From positions 62,771 through 109,393 of the forward strand of contig JBNGIO010006104.1 of the NCBI GenBank assembly GCA_049999805.1: a stretch of 46,623 nt of DNA, in the 5' to 3' direction. Below, piece after piece: positions 1-13,070 of this stretch (position 1 is its first letter; the number at the start of each line of letters is the position of its first letter). The notes under the pieces were generated by a model. That model was given only the letters and a program-made list of their open reading frames with translations, was not told the DNA's origin and searched no databases. The translations under genes were made by a program, and so were the position numbers. The stretch comes from Folioceros fuciformis. Taxonomy: Eukaryota.

Positions 1-1312
1 GTAAGGTTGGATGATGGGGCGAGGTAGAGTAGAGGAATGTTCTTTAGATGCTACAACATATTTGTGTATAAAAATACATATTCCAACTAAAAAACATGAG
101 TCTATAGTCCCTGAATACATATTCCAACTAAATTTTTGTAGGTATGGAATACCTTCAGAAGGTCTTAGATGGAAGGAAAATTTTTTGTAGGTATGGAATA
201 CCTACAAAAGGTCTTAGATGGAAGGAAAACTTTCTATTGCACATCGTCGTCGTCTAGTGTTTTCTCTAGGTCATCCAAAGTTGTTCCAAGGGTTACATCT
301 CAACATAAGCAGCTTTCAACATAGACACTATTTCTTGCTTTGCCCTGGTTGGAGTGAAGGCTGTGCATGGAGTAAGGTGAGATTATGTTCATTTGTGCAC
401 CCAAGGCTTGTGTATTAGTGTGCAGAAGGGAATCAACACATGGTATCACACGTCACAGCCAACCGAAACTCGTCCGATCCAGAATAATCTGAGGCGGATT
501 GCTGAGTGTGGCCTGAACTCCCGACCTCAGCTGAGGATTTGGAATGATAGGGATGACTTGAAAGCGACACCTCCGGATTTCTCCAACGATTTAATTGACC
601 TCCGGTCTCACAGAGACCTGCCTCCAGCTTGATTTCCCAGCCAAGTCCCTGTCACAGGTGCCACAAGAAATGTGACTAGATTCCAGCATGGTCACAAGAA
701 GTCCAAGGTGATATTTGCAACCGCTAGCTTAGACCTACACTTCAGACATTCGTTCCAATGTGCTGCAGCACACTGCACACAAGCTTTTCTGAAATCTGTG
801 TGGCCATGCACCCATGACCCAGCCCTATCTGCAAAACAAATCAAGAGCGTCAGTCACAGGAGCAGACATGAGTTTCCAGCCGTCATGGCATCAAGAAGGA
901 AACAGTACTCCGAAATTGGGTTTCCACGCCGGCTGCAGCCCAGCATTGACGAGAAACTGATACCACTCTCACCACAGTTTCCTTTGCTCCGGTCATCCCA
1001 GGACGGTTCTGAGTGAGACTGAAGCCGGAAAACGGTCAGATGTGGTCAAGTGCAGACGACCTTGCAGATACCAAAATTGCACCCCTTCACCCACCAACGT
1101 ATGCACTTTTTGTTGCACATAGAGTGATAGTTGCAAGGTGTGGATCGAAAAACCTTTCACTGAGGCAATTTTCTCTTTTAGCTTGACGGCCTCATTTTGC
1201 CTGAGGCTTTCCGCCTGCTTACGTCCGGTATTTGCGAGGAGCAGGAAAAAGAGCTAGAATCGGAGAAAGACGGCTCCCCTGCCCTGTCCTGGAGGCTACT
1301 CTGAATGTTTGA

Positions 1313-1447
1313 GCTTGCGATGCGGATCCACATCCGAGGCAATGGTGGTGACTCTAGTTGCCCTTGGCCAGACTTGTGGACGATGAAGCGGCAGCACTGG
1401 CCAGACCTGCCTCTTGTTGTCGAATTCCATGACGCGGATGAAGCAGC
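1313..1447 (-). pseudogene. rbcS: Orphan 3' fragment of rbcS (end of last exon plus part of 3' UTR)
   Basis: Encodes CFIRVMEFDNKRQV versus [14 protein letters not shown] in the intact copies. A 4-nt insertion shifts the frame before CCRFIVHKSGQGQ. The flank gcttgcgatgcggatccacatccgaggcaatggtg matches the rbcS1 3' UTR at ~6507-6560. No upstream exons are present. Confidence 0.85.
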
Positions 1448-1677
1448 TCCTCCGGTTCGGGTGTGAACTGAAGGAGGAACACACAAGGACAGTTTCTTCC
1501 AAGGCCTGCTGCAGGCCGATTCTCTTGCTCTTAACATGCCCGGAGAATAAGCAGTGGATGACTGGGAAAGTAGTGTCTTGTCACCTCAAAGGCCAAAGGC
1601 TGTAACGATTAAGCGAAAAAGATTCTAATGATCCCAAAAGTTGGCGCAAGAGTGGGATAGGAGGCAAGAAATATCAG

Positions 1678-3593
<1,916 letters not shown>

Positions 3594-3944
3594 TGCCAGG
3601 CCGCCTGATGAGACGTGCACTCAAAGCAAGAAGAAAACACTTCCGCGAGATCTCGATCGCAAGGACAGCAGAGTGCAACAAGGGGGTGGATTCCCGGCGA
3701 TCAGCGCGGTACCAGGGGCAGGAACAGCAAGAAGGGAGTACCAACGTCAAGTGTTGGACAGTCAGCCGATTAATTTCCACTAATTTATTTTAGATTAATG
3801 TTCCGTAGCTACATAGTTTGCCATGGAAACAAACTACGAGAGTGGGTTGCGGGAAGGAGACGAACAGCAGACACCTGGGCTCCTGCGCTCGAGCCCCTTG
3901 GAGCATCACCTGCAGAGGGCCAGGTTTTCCCCTTCTCAGCCACC

Positions 3945-5908
3945 ATGTACGGACTCGAGGCGATGACGTTCAATGTAGAGGGCGGCTTCTTGGAAGCCAT
4001 CGTGCGAGGTTACAGATCCGGTCTGCTCACCGCTGTGGACTATAACAATCTGTGCCAGTGTGAGACTTTGGATGACATCAAATTGCATCTTTCCGCCACG
4101 GATTTCGGGCCCTATTTCCAAAACGGTTGGTCTCTTGCACTCCTGTCCTGCACAAATTTTGGTTTTCATGCTTTGCTCTGCCCGGGATGGGAGGCAGGTG
4201 GGATCACCGTGCAGATCTAACAACGTGAGAAGATGGGTCGTGTCTGCTGATCGTGGCGGCGTTGTTGTTTGCTCCAGAGCCCTCTCCTCTGCACACAACA
4301 ACTATAGTGGAGAAGTGCACTCAGAAACTGGTGGACGAGTACACGCACATGCTGGCTCACGCGACTCCGCCTCTTTCGAAGTTCTTGGAGTACACGACGT
4401 GAGTTGGTCTGTGCTTGGCATGTTTGGGAGATGTGGAACAAGTGCCTTCATTGGTTTGAGGGGAGCTGGAACAGCTGCTAAGGTGGTTCGGGCTCGTGCT
4501 CAGGTATGGCCATATGATCGACAATGTTGTGCTCATTGTCACGGGAACCCTGCATGAACGGGATGTGCGGGAGCTTCTGGAGAAGTGTCATCCGCTGGGT
4601 ATGTTTGACAGGTGAGAAGCGGGCGAGGCTGTTGGGGAAGATCAACTATTTCAGTCATTTTTTTTGTCTTGGGTGCCGAAGGTATTAAAGGGCTTGAGTG
4701 TCCCTGATGCAGTATTGGAACCCTGGCAGTTGCTCAAAACATGCGAGAACTGTACCGGTTGGTGCTTGTGGACACCCCGTTGGCTCCTTATTTTGAGGAC
4801 TGCATCACCTCGGAGGTGATTTGTTGTCTGTATTGTTGGTGTCGAAGGTGACGGGATAGTCTTGATCTTGATGTTGGTCCGTCTTGCAGGATCTGGATGA
4901 CATGAACATAGAGATCATGCGAAATACTTTGTACAAGGCGTATCTGGAGGACTTCTACAAGTTCTGCCAGGTGAGTTGGGGCAGCAGCTGGAGTAGTTGC
5001 AACTTGGCTTTTGTGAAGATCTCACGCTTGCATTTTCATCGTAGCAGAAGCTGGGTGGTGCTACAGCTGAAATAATGTGCGAGCTGCTAGAATTTGAAGC
5101 TGACCGAAGGGCTGTGAACATCACAATCAACAGGTTGGTCACTAGCATCACGTCATGTCTGCTCTATCTGACCATTGAGAAATATGAAGCCCTCATATGA
5201 ATGGAGTTGTGTTCAGCGTCCATCTGACCTGTGAATCACTGCAGCATTGGTACAGAGCTTACCCGTGATGACCGACGAAAACTGTATTCAAGTCTTGGCC
5301 TTTTGTAAGTGACTCGACTGGTGTGTACTGCAGTGCCGCTTTCTTTCTGAGAGCTTCTTTTTGTACCTGTAGGTTTTATGTTTGCTCTGCTTTCTGTACA
5401 GGTACCCGTATGGTCATGAGGACCTCGCTCTGTGTGAGGATTTTGATCAGGTGGGAAGCTTTTCTGGGTCCTACAGGAGTGCTGCCTGTTGTGTCCTCGA
5501 TCCTCTCGTATCTTTAAGTTTTTCCCCCTTGAGCAGGTTCGAGGTGCTATGGAGAAGTACCCTCCATACCACTCCATTTTTTCCAAGCTTTCGGATGGGG
5601 AGGGTCAGATGCTCGACAAGGCGTTCTGTGAAGAGGAAGTTAAAAGGCTCACCTTATCCTTTGAGCAGCAGGTATTTGTCCTCGTGCCTTTCGTCTTTAT
5701 CTCGTCGTGCAGAAGGGTTTGGGGGAAGACCCTGCAGGAGTCTGACGAAGTATGTTTGAACGTGAATTTATTGCAGTTTCACTACGCAGTATTTTTCGCC
5801 TACATGAGACTGCGAGAGCAGGAAACCCGCAATCTGATGTGGATCTCGGAGTGTGTAGCTCAAGACCAGAAGTCTCGCATTCACGACGGCATTGTGTTGA
5901 TCTTTTAA
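3945..5908 (+). CDS. VHA-d: V-type proton ATPase V0 subunit d; 10 exons
   Basis: Starts [28 protein letters not shown]. Contains [43 protein letters not shown] and the C-terminal [32 protein letters not shown]. Introns are canonical. Confidence 0.97.
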
Positions 5909-6565
5909 GCTTTATTCATCGGCATTGTGACGATGCGTTTGCACAGCAAGTTTTTTTTTTCTGGACTTTTCTGGGTTTGAAGCGATGAGAGGATTATAAG
6001 CCTCCTTCAAAGTTATGGAAGTCATTCATGTGCCGAGTGATTGTAAAGCTTGCTAATGAAGGAGCTGAGCGTGTTCTGTCACTATCCCAATGTCGTCCAA
6101 GCTTTCTTATTATCAGCAATAGACGTGGCAAGGGTCTGCTGCTAACAGCAATGTAAAGTGTTGCAATCTCCTAAGAAGATCATTTCCTCAGGAGGACGAT
6201 TTGACTACGGAATGGATCTCAAAACAAAGTTTCCCTGATCTTTGCTTCCATTAAACAGATTGGAACTTTTTACCAACTCGAACTTGTACCGAGGCTCTCT
6301 CTTCTGCCCATTTCACCTATCTTTGCCTGTGGACGCCCTCCCCAAAACTGTTCCTGTCCGTGCACTCTACTCTGCAGGGATTATGGTGGGGAACTTTCTT
6401 AAGCTTTGACTGTAGTTTGTGCGATAAATTAAAAAAAAAATAAAGGGTTGAGTCCCCAGTTCTGCAGTGATTTGCTTGAAGGATGTACATGAAAGAAACC
6501 ACAGCGGCTTGCGATGCAGCTTCAGATGCGGATCCACATCCAGTTCCAAGGCAATGGTGATGATG

Positions 6566-7338
6566 CTATTGTCTTTGGCCAGGCTTGTGGACGATGAAAG
6601 AGCAGCATTGGACCTGCCTCTTGTTGTCAAATCCCAGGACGCGGATGAAGCAGCCGGGGTAAGCCTGCTTGCAGTTGTCTATCTCCCTCAACACGGTTGC
6701 GGCATCAGTGCAGCCGAACATGGGCAGCTTCCACATGGTCCAGTACCGACCGTCGTAGTATCCAGGCTGGCCTTGCATCACGCCGATGGAACCGCTCTGC
6801 ATACAATTTCTTCAAACACCTCAGTCTCACGATCGGCGCACGAGAAGACTGTCCAGAACATGCGCATTGCATTTCAGCTCGAAACCTGGCCGGCTTACCG
6901 GGTCGAACTCGAGGCAGGGGATCCAGTTCCGGGCCAACATGTAATCTATCTCCCTCGCAATCTGGTCGGAGGTGAGCGGAGGAAGGTAAGAGAGGGTCTC
7001 GAACTTGGGGTTGCCGATGGGATTCCACACCTGCACAACGTCATGCACGGAAACCAGCCATTCGTGAGCTCAGCACATCCAACCGCACACTTGCTTCCGT
7101 ATTGGATTTCCAAGACGCCGATTCACGGCAGGCACTGCACCTGCATGCAGTTCACGCGGCTGCCGTTGCTGACGGTCCTGGAGCTGAGGCTGGCTGTTCT
7201 GACGGAGAAAGCAGCCCCGGACTTGAGGCCCAGGAAGGCCCGCACGGTGGAGGCCTCGGAGACGGAGCTGCTGGGGGAAGCAGCAAAGAATGCGGCCGGT
7301 GCCGCAACGGCGGATGTGATGGCGACCACGGAGGCCAT
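6566..7338 (-). CDS. rbcS: Rubisco small subunit copy 1 (exons 7338-7141, 7030-6899, 6796-6566)
   Basis: Ala/Ser-rich transit peptide ending [11 protein letters not shown], then [36 protein letters not shown] and [14 protein letters not shown]. Two phase-0 introns. Confidence 0.98.
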
Positions 7339-8110
7339 GGCTCAGCAAGCAGGAGGTGGAAGGCCTGTTGCAGATGAGGAGATCGAGAGGAAAGATCACT
7401 GAAGATGAACTGGATGGAGTGAACGTTGCTCGCATTGAGGCTCACTTAAGTAGTCTGGCCTGGGTATCCACAGCTGGAATTCGATCTGCTCCAGAAATGC
7501 ATATTCCGGAGGGCACTCCGGGAGTGTCGGGACTCACGATTGCACCGCCGGATCCACCGTGCCACTGGACATCACCATCCTCCGGAGCCGGAGGTGATCC
7601 ATATATTTTTGTCATCGCAACGATCACCGAGGAGCAAACGCTCTTCCCCAGTAGTGCTGGCCCATGCCGTCTGACAAGTGGTATCTTCAGTGATGCCTCG
7701 AGCATGGCCAGCGGATGTCAGTCCTGAATTCCAAGTCGCTGTTGTTGCTGAACCGGGATGATCAGCGGACGCGTGAACAAATGCAGCCCCTGTGGAATGG
7801 AATTTCTGGTTGGCCGCTGCGCAACTCATCCAAGCACTTGCTTCACCATTTAGCTAGCGCAGTCTAATGTAGGTCATCATCATATATTATTTGAAACAGT
7901 TCAAAATTTATAATAATAATAATGGTTTACTAGATGAAACACCTTTGAAATAGGTTAGGAGGTAATGTCAATCGCCAATCCATGTTCCCGAATCTGGATT
8001 GAAAACAGACGTGAACATAACAAGTATCCGGGACTCCCATAGTGTACATGTAGTGACTCGAAAGGCGAGCTTCGGAACATGTGCTGCAGCATCCGTGTTT
8101 CAATCTCGAG

Positions 8111-8937
8111 GTCAGTCTCTTCTGGACTTCAGGACGTCTCGAATTCTTGCCCTGATGACAAATTTGGCTGAGCTCGTGGAGTTCAGGCATGGTTCCTGGA
8201 ACCTGTCATTTCTTGCCTAGGGGGAATCTATCCATTGTGAAAGGGTTTTCAGTAGGCAGGGTTTCTAGGACCTGGCAACCTTGTTTTGATATTGTCAGAT
8301 TTAGATTACAAACAGATATGTTGCTTTCACCTCCATTTTGACAAGATCTTAAACTTTTGCTTGTGCACCAGCATTTCAAGAACATCTTGAGGGGAAGCTA
8401 AGCTATCTCGATCTTGAGTGTTAGGCTGCTCTTATTGGATTGCCAAGTATGTACATAGGTCTGGGAGCTCAAGCCACTTAAGTATATGCATATACTAGCT
8501 CAAGGATTGGACCTACCTCCTTACGGGAAGCTAAGCTATCTTGATCTTGAGTGTCAAGCTGCTCTTATTGGATTGCCAAGTATAAACACAGGTCTGGGAG
8601 CTCAAGCCACTTAAGTATATGCATATACTAGCTCAAGGATTGGACCTACCTCCTTAGGGGAAGCTAAGCTATCTTGATCTTGAGTGTCAAGTTGCTCTTA
8701 TTGGATTGCCAAGTATAAACACAGGTACGGGAGCTCAAGCCACTTAAGTATGTGCAAATACTAGCTCAAGGATTGGACCTACCTCCTTAGAAGAACTGTG
8801 GCCTATTGTTGCGTTCATCAATCAATTATTGTGTTCATCATCAACTTACTCATCTAGTCTCCTCCATCTCTATCCATTCTTGTGCAAATTTAGTTTAACC
8901 TCATTTACTAACAAAGAGTCTTTGGCTCCTTTCTTAG
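8111..8937 (+). other. Probable 5'-UTR intron of kinase-like gene K1 (counterparts 12952-13049, 16109-16208, 19941-20439)
   Basis: All four units have a pyrimidine-tract AG ending exactly 21 nt before the ATG. All have an aatctc.ag|gt donor in a conserved upstream block (gc in unit 3). Confidence 0.55.
8392..8789. repeat. 133-bp tandem repeat, 3 copies
   Basis: gggaagctaagctatct...ggacctacctcctta recurs at 8392, 8525 and 8658 with few mismatches. Confidence 0.95.
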
Positions 8938-8958
8938 CCCAACCTTAGCAATCAAGTG

Positions 8959-10668
8959 ATGGACATACAGATCTCTTGTGGTGGGAACCTATATGTGATA
9001 CGGAAATACATTGGCTGTGGAACATGGGCATCAGTATATGAAAGTAAGTGATATGCTTTGTTTCTACAGCAAGTGATGCATACAAAGATAAGTTATCCTC
9101 TCATTTTCGTTTTAAAGAGCAAATGTTTCATTCCCTAATTAGTATGTATTCCACATTACTAATCAACCTCTCGAAATAAATAAGTTGTACTATGAAAATA
9201 ATAATTTTTTTTATCTCTAATGAATATTACTAATTTTTTAACGTTAGATAACCTAACTATTTATAGGCAAATACATGAAATGTGATTACATTTTTTTAAA
9301 ATATTTGTAATAAAAAATATATAATTAATTTAAACTATATGATAAATAAATTGAATTGGCTGCTTACACTTGTTTTGAAGTAACATTCTTTTGGAGTTCA
9401 TGTGAACGTGATTGTAAGATACTTATTTGGTTAATCATGTGTTTTGCAGGTGTAGACTTACAGAATGGCAACACTGTGGCAATCAAATTGCAGGGTAATA
9501 AGGACAAGAATAATCAACTTGATACAGAACGATTAGCATATGAAATCTTGAAAGATGGTATTGGTATTCCAAAGTTCTATGGGTTTGAATGTAGTGTTGA
9601 TTGCGGGATGTTAGGCACACATGATGTGCTCGTAATCGATTACTTGAAGCGTTGGAGATTATCAGGGCTCCCTCTCAAAACAATCTGTCTAATAGCTTTG
9701 CAGATGGTATTACAACAATCGTATCATCATCAAGTATGTTATTCTTGAGAAATTTTCACATTAAATGTAACCTTACGACAAACATTTTTCTTGTAGTAGA
9801 TTGAGATTGTGGCATATGTGCACTCCAAGAATGTGATTCATGGTGATTTGAAACTTGAACATTTCCTTGTGGACCTCAACTTCAACCAGGTTGGTGTAGC
9901 TCTTCACTGAAATTTTGATCTCATGTTATAACAACATAGTTTCTCAACGTCTTTGTTTTCTATCTCAGTTGTACCTAATAGATTACAATGTTTCAACAAT
10001 CAACGATCCTCAAAGAAGGTATGTTAAACATAGTGACTTGTATCGGGGACTTGTGTGTGTTTTTAAAGTGATTATAATCTAGCATTGATGGTAGGTGGGT
10101 TGAGCTGCATAATTTGAACTTAGTGTTGCAAAGCCTCTGTACACCCTCGAGAGTTCCTCCTCAAACTTTGTGTGAAACTTCAAAAGATGAAGAGGAGCAA
10201 CGTGAACTTGAGATTTTGGTGTGTGCTTTCATGTTTTTCTGAAGTAACCTTCCTTCAGGCACTTTCATATTTGTCTTACTAAGTGTAGTGATATTGAAGC
10301 AAGTTTTCTTTCAACTGCATCTCATTTCCTTTCCATGATATGTGTGGCTTTCAGATCTTGAAACATATCATGGATAGATTGTGTGAGCTTGATACTTATA
10401 ACAATGGAATTGAGATTTATAAGATGATGAGACGAGCTTTTCTAAATGTTGTGGAGAGTCAAGGTAATTTATTTTGTATATTATGCCTGGGTATGAGATG
10501 AGCTGGTTATTGTATTTTGACATTTTTGTTGACCTAGTAGTGCTATAAATGAGTAGTTGAAGGGATAAAATTCACTTAATGTTGGGAACTTTGTACTCAA
10601 TGCACTTAGGTTATGATACCATCCTTGACTTGAAAGATCATGAAGATAAGGACAAGTATGAAGATTAA
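8959..10668 (+). CDS. Truncated casein kinase 1-like protein K1, ~257 aa (exons 8959-9043, 9450-9706, 9800-9889, 9969-10018, 10095-10218, 10355-10463, 10610-10668)
   Basis: IGCGTWASVYE, VAIK, LKDGIGIPK, LPLKTICLIALQM|IEIVAYVHSKNVIHGDLK, NQ|LYLIDYN and SQ|GYDTILD parallel the CK1 segments LQGGTGIP, LSLKTVLMLADQM, HSKSFLHRDIK, NQVYIIDFG and REGFQFDYVFD. The exon-5 donor is uncertain. Confidence 0.8.
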
Positions 10669-10954
10669 CAAGCATATCAATGTATATGAATTCATTGAAA
10701 CTGTTCTATTATTTGTTAGATATTAAATATTACAAATAGAACGTCATATAATCTCAGATCTAATGTGAGGAGTGCTTTAAAGACTTCTTATTGAGCATAA
10801 ATAAACATTCGCAATATACTTTAATCTAAATGCTAGGCCATGCTTTGATTCAACAGGTTGGACCATTCAACCAACTCAAAATTCGTAAGGAGTTTTTCAT
10901 ATGGCCCACTCGACCTCTTTGGCTATGGCCCAAATGAGCTCTCCAGTCCTGCAC

Positions 10955-11040
10955 GGGGTTGCTTGAAGGATGTACATATATGAAAGAACAGAGCGGGTTG
11001 CTTGAAGGATGTACATATATGAAAGACCAGAGCGGGTTGC
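10955..11040. repeat. 39-bp tandem duplication in the rbcS copy 2 3' UTR
   Basis: gggttgcttgaaggatgtacatatatgaaaga.cagagc occurs twice. The copy 1 UTR has a single counterpart. Confidence 0.85.
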
Positions 11041-11099
11041 AAAGCGGATCCACATCCAAATCCACACACATATCCAGATCCGAGGCAATGGCGATGTAT

Positions 11100-11877
11100 C
11101 TATTGTCCTTGGCCAGGCTTGTGGACGATGAAAGAGCAGCATTGGACCTGCCTCTTGTTGTCAAATCCCAGGACGCGGATGAAGCAGCCGGGGTAAGCCT
11201 GCTTGCAGTTGTCTATCTCCCTCAACACGGTTGCGGCATCAGTGCAGCCGAACATGGGCAGCTTCCACATGGTCCAGTACCGACCGTCGTAGTATCCAGG
11301 CTGGCCTTGCATCACGCCGATGGAACCGCTCTGCAGACAATTTCCACCAACTCCTCAGTCTCACGATCGGCGCACTAGGAGACTGTCCAAAACCTGCGCC
11401 TTCCTTTGCAGCGCGAAACCTGGATAGCGTACCGGGTCGAACTCGAGGCAGGGGATCCAGTTCCTGGCCAACATGTAATCTATTTCCCTCGCAATCTGGT
11501 CGGAGGTGAGCGGAGGAAGGTAGGAGAGGGTCTCGAACTTGCGGTTGCCGATGGGATTCCACACCTGCGCAACGTCATACATTGAAACCATCCCTCCGTG
11601 AGCTCAGCAATTGGAACCTCACCGTGAGCTTGCGTGTGCGTTGGATTTCTAAGACGACGATAAACAGCAGGCATTGCACCTGCATGCAATTCACACGGCT
11701 GCCGTTGCTGACGGTCCTGGAGCTGAGGCTGGCTGTGCTGACGGAGGAAGCAGCCCCGGACTTGAGGCCGACGACGGCCCGCATGGTGGAGGCCTCCGAG
11801 ACGGTGCGGCTGGGGGAACCAGCAACGAATGCGGCCGGCGCCGCAACAGCGGATGTGATGGCGACCACGGAAGCCAT
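11100..11877 (-). CDS. rbcS: Rubisco small subunit copy 2 (exons 11877-11680, 11564-11433, 11330-11100)
   Basis: Same structure as copy 1. The mature protein differs at two residues (GNRKF vs GNPKF; GQGQ vs GQRQ). Confidence 0.98.
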
Positions 11878-13070
11878 GGCTCTGCTAGCAGACGAAGAGA
11901 TCGAGAGGGAAGATCACTGAAGGTGAACTGGATGGTGTGAACGTGTCTCGCATTGAGGCTCGCTTAAGTAGTCTGGTCTGGGATTCCATACCCGGAATTC
12001 AACCTGCTCCACAGACGCATATTCCGGATGGCACTCCGGGAGTGGCGGAGTTCACGGAGTTCAGCCTGCCACTGCGCGTCACCATCCCTCGGAGCCGGAG
12101 ATGATACATGTATTTTTGCCATGGCAACGAGCTCAGATGAGCTCATGCAAGCGGTATCTTCCGTGATACCTAGGCCATGCTCCAGGCTGAGGATGTGTTG
12201 AGCTCCATTACAATGCATACAAGAGGAAGAAGACAAAATTTTCTTGAGGGAGGAAGACGGGATGGCCCATCGATATTCCCAAAGGATTGGGCTAAATTGG
12301 AGCAAACAAGCTTCGTAGTAGAGGGCCCTTACAGGGCGGCAAGCCACTCTCACCAAGAAACCAACTGGCATCAACTTGCTTCCGTGAAGATGCCCGGAGG
12401 ACTGAATCACAGGAACCGCACCAAGTCGTTGCGCGGCGATCCCAATGCATGGCCCGACAATGCGAGTCCAGAATCCTAAGCTCCTGTTGTTGCTGAACCG
12501 GGAGAAACAACTGATGCTTGCAAACAAATGCAGCTCCTACGAAATTTCTGGATCAGCGCTCCACCACTCACTCATCCAGGCCCTCGCTTCACCATTAGGG
12601 CAGTGGAAAGTAGCTCAATCATATACCCTTCCAAATTACTTTAAAACATTCTGACCTTATGCTTTACTAGAGGAAACATCTTTCAGAACGTTAGAGTTCC
12701 CTTTGATAGGAATATGAAACAGCTTTCAAAGAGCATGCCAATCACCAATCGCCCATGGATGTTCCAGAATCTCATGGATGTTCCAGAATCTCAATTGAAA
12801 GGAGACAGAGCATACCAAAATCTCAATTGAAAAGAGACAGGAGTGTGAGTATAAGTGCTTGGGGACTCATATAGAGTACAGGTTGAACCAGGACACTCTT
12901 GGCTCTTCTCATCCATCTGCCCATCTGCAGCATATGTTTTTGAATCTCCAGGTGAACAATATCATTGAATTGAACAAAATTGGTATAGAGTCATGTGCAG
13001 ATTTAGGTTTACCTTATTACTAATCGAGAGTCATGGGTTCTATCCTTAGGTCAACCAAAACAATTAAGCT

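Noticed and set aside
218-1200. Several 60-115 aa ORFs, with a faint F-box-like string on the minus strand
   Set aside because: No coherent spliced model or recognisable domain could be built.
6467-7402. 311-aa + strand ORF
   Set aside because: It is the antisense shadow of GC-rich rbcS1 and is interrupted in rbcS2.
11964-12527. Minus-strand ORF faintly resembling a DUF26/Gnk2 domain (LYYEACLLQFS, SCFSRFSNN)
   Set aside because: It lacks the C-X8-C-X2-C motif and a signal peptide, and the resemblance is too short.
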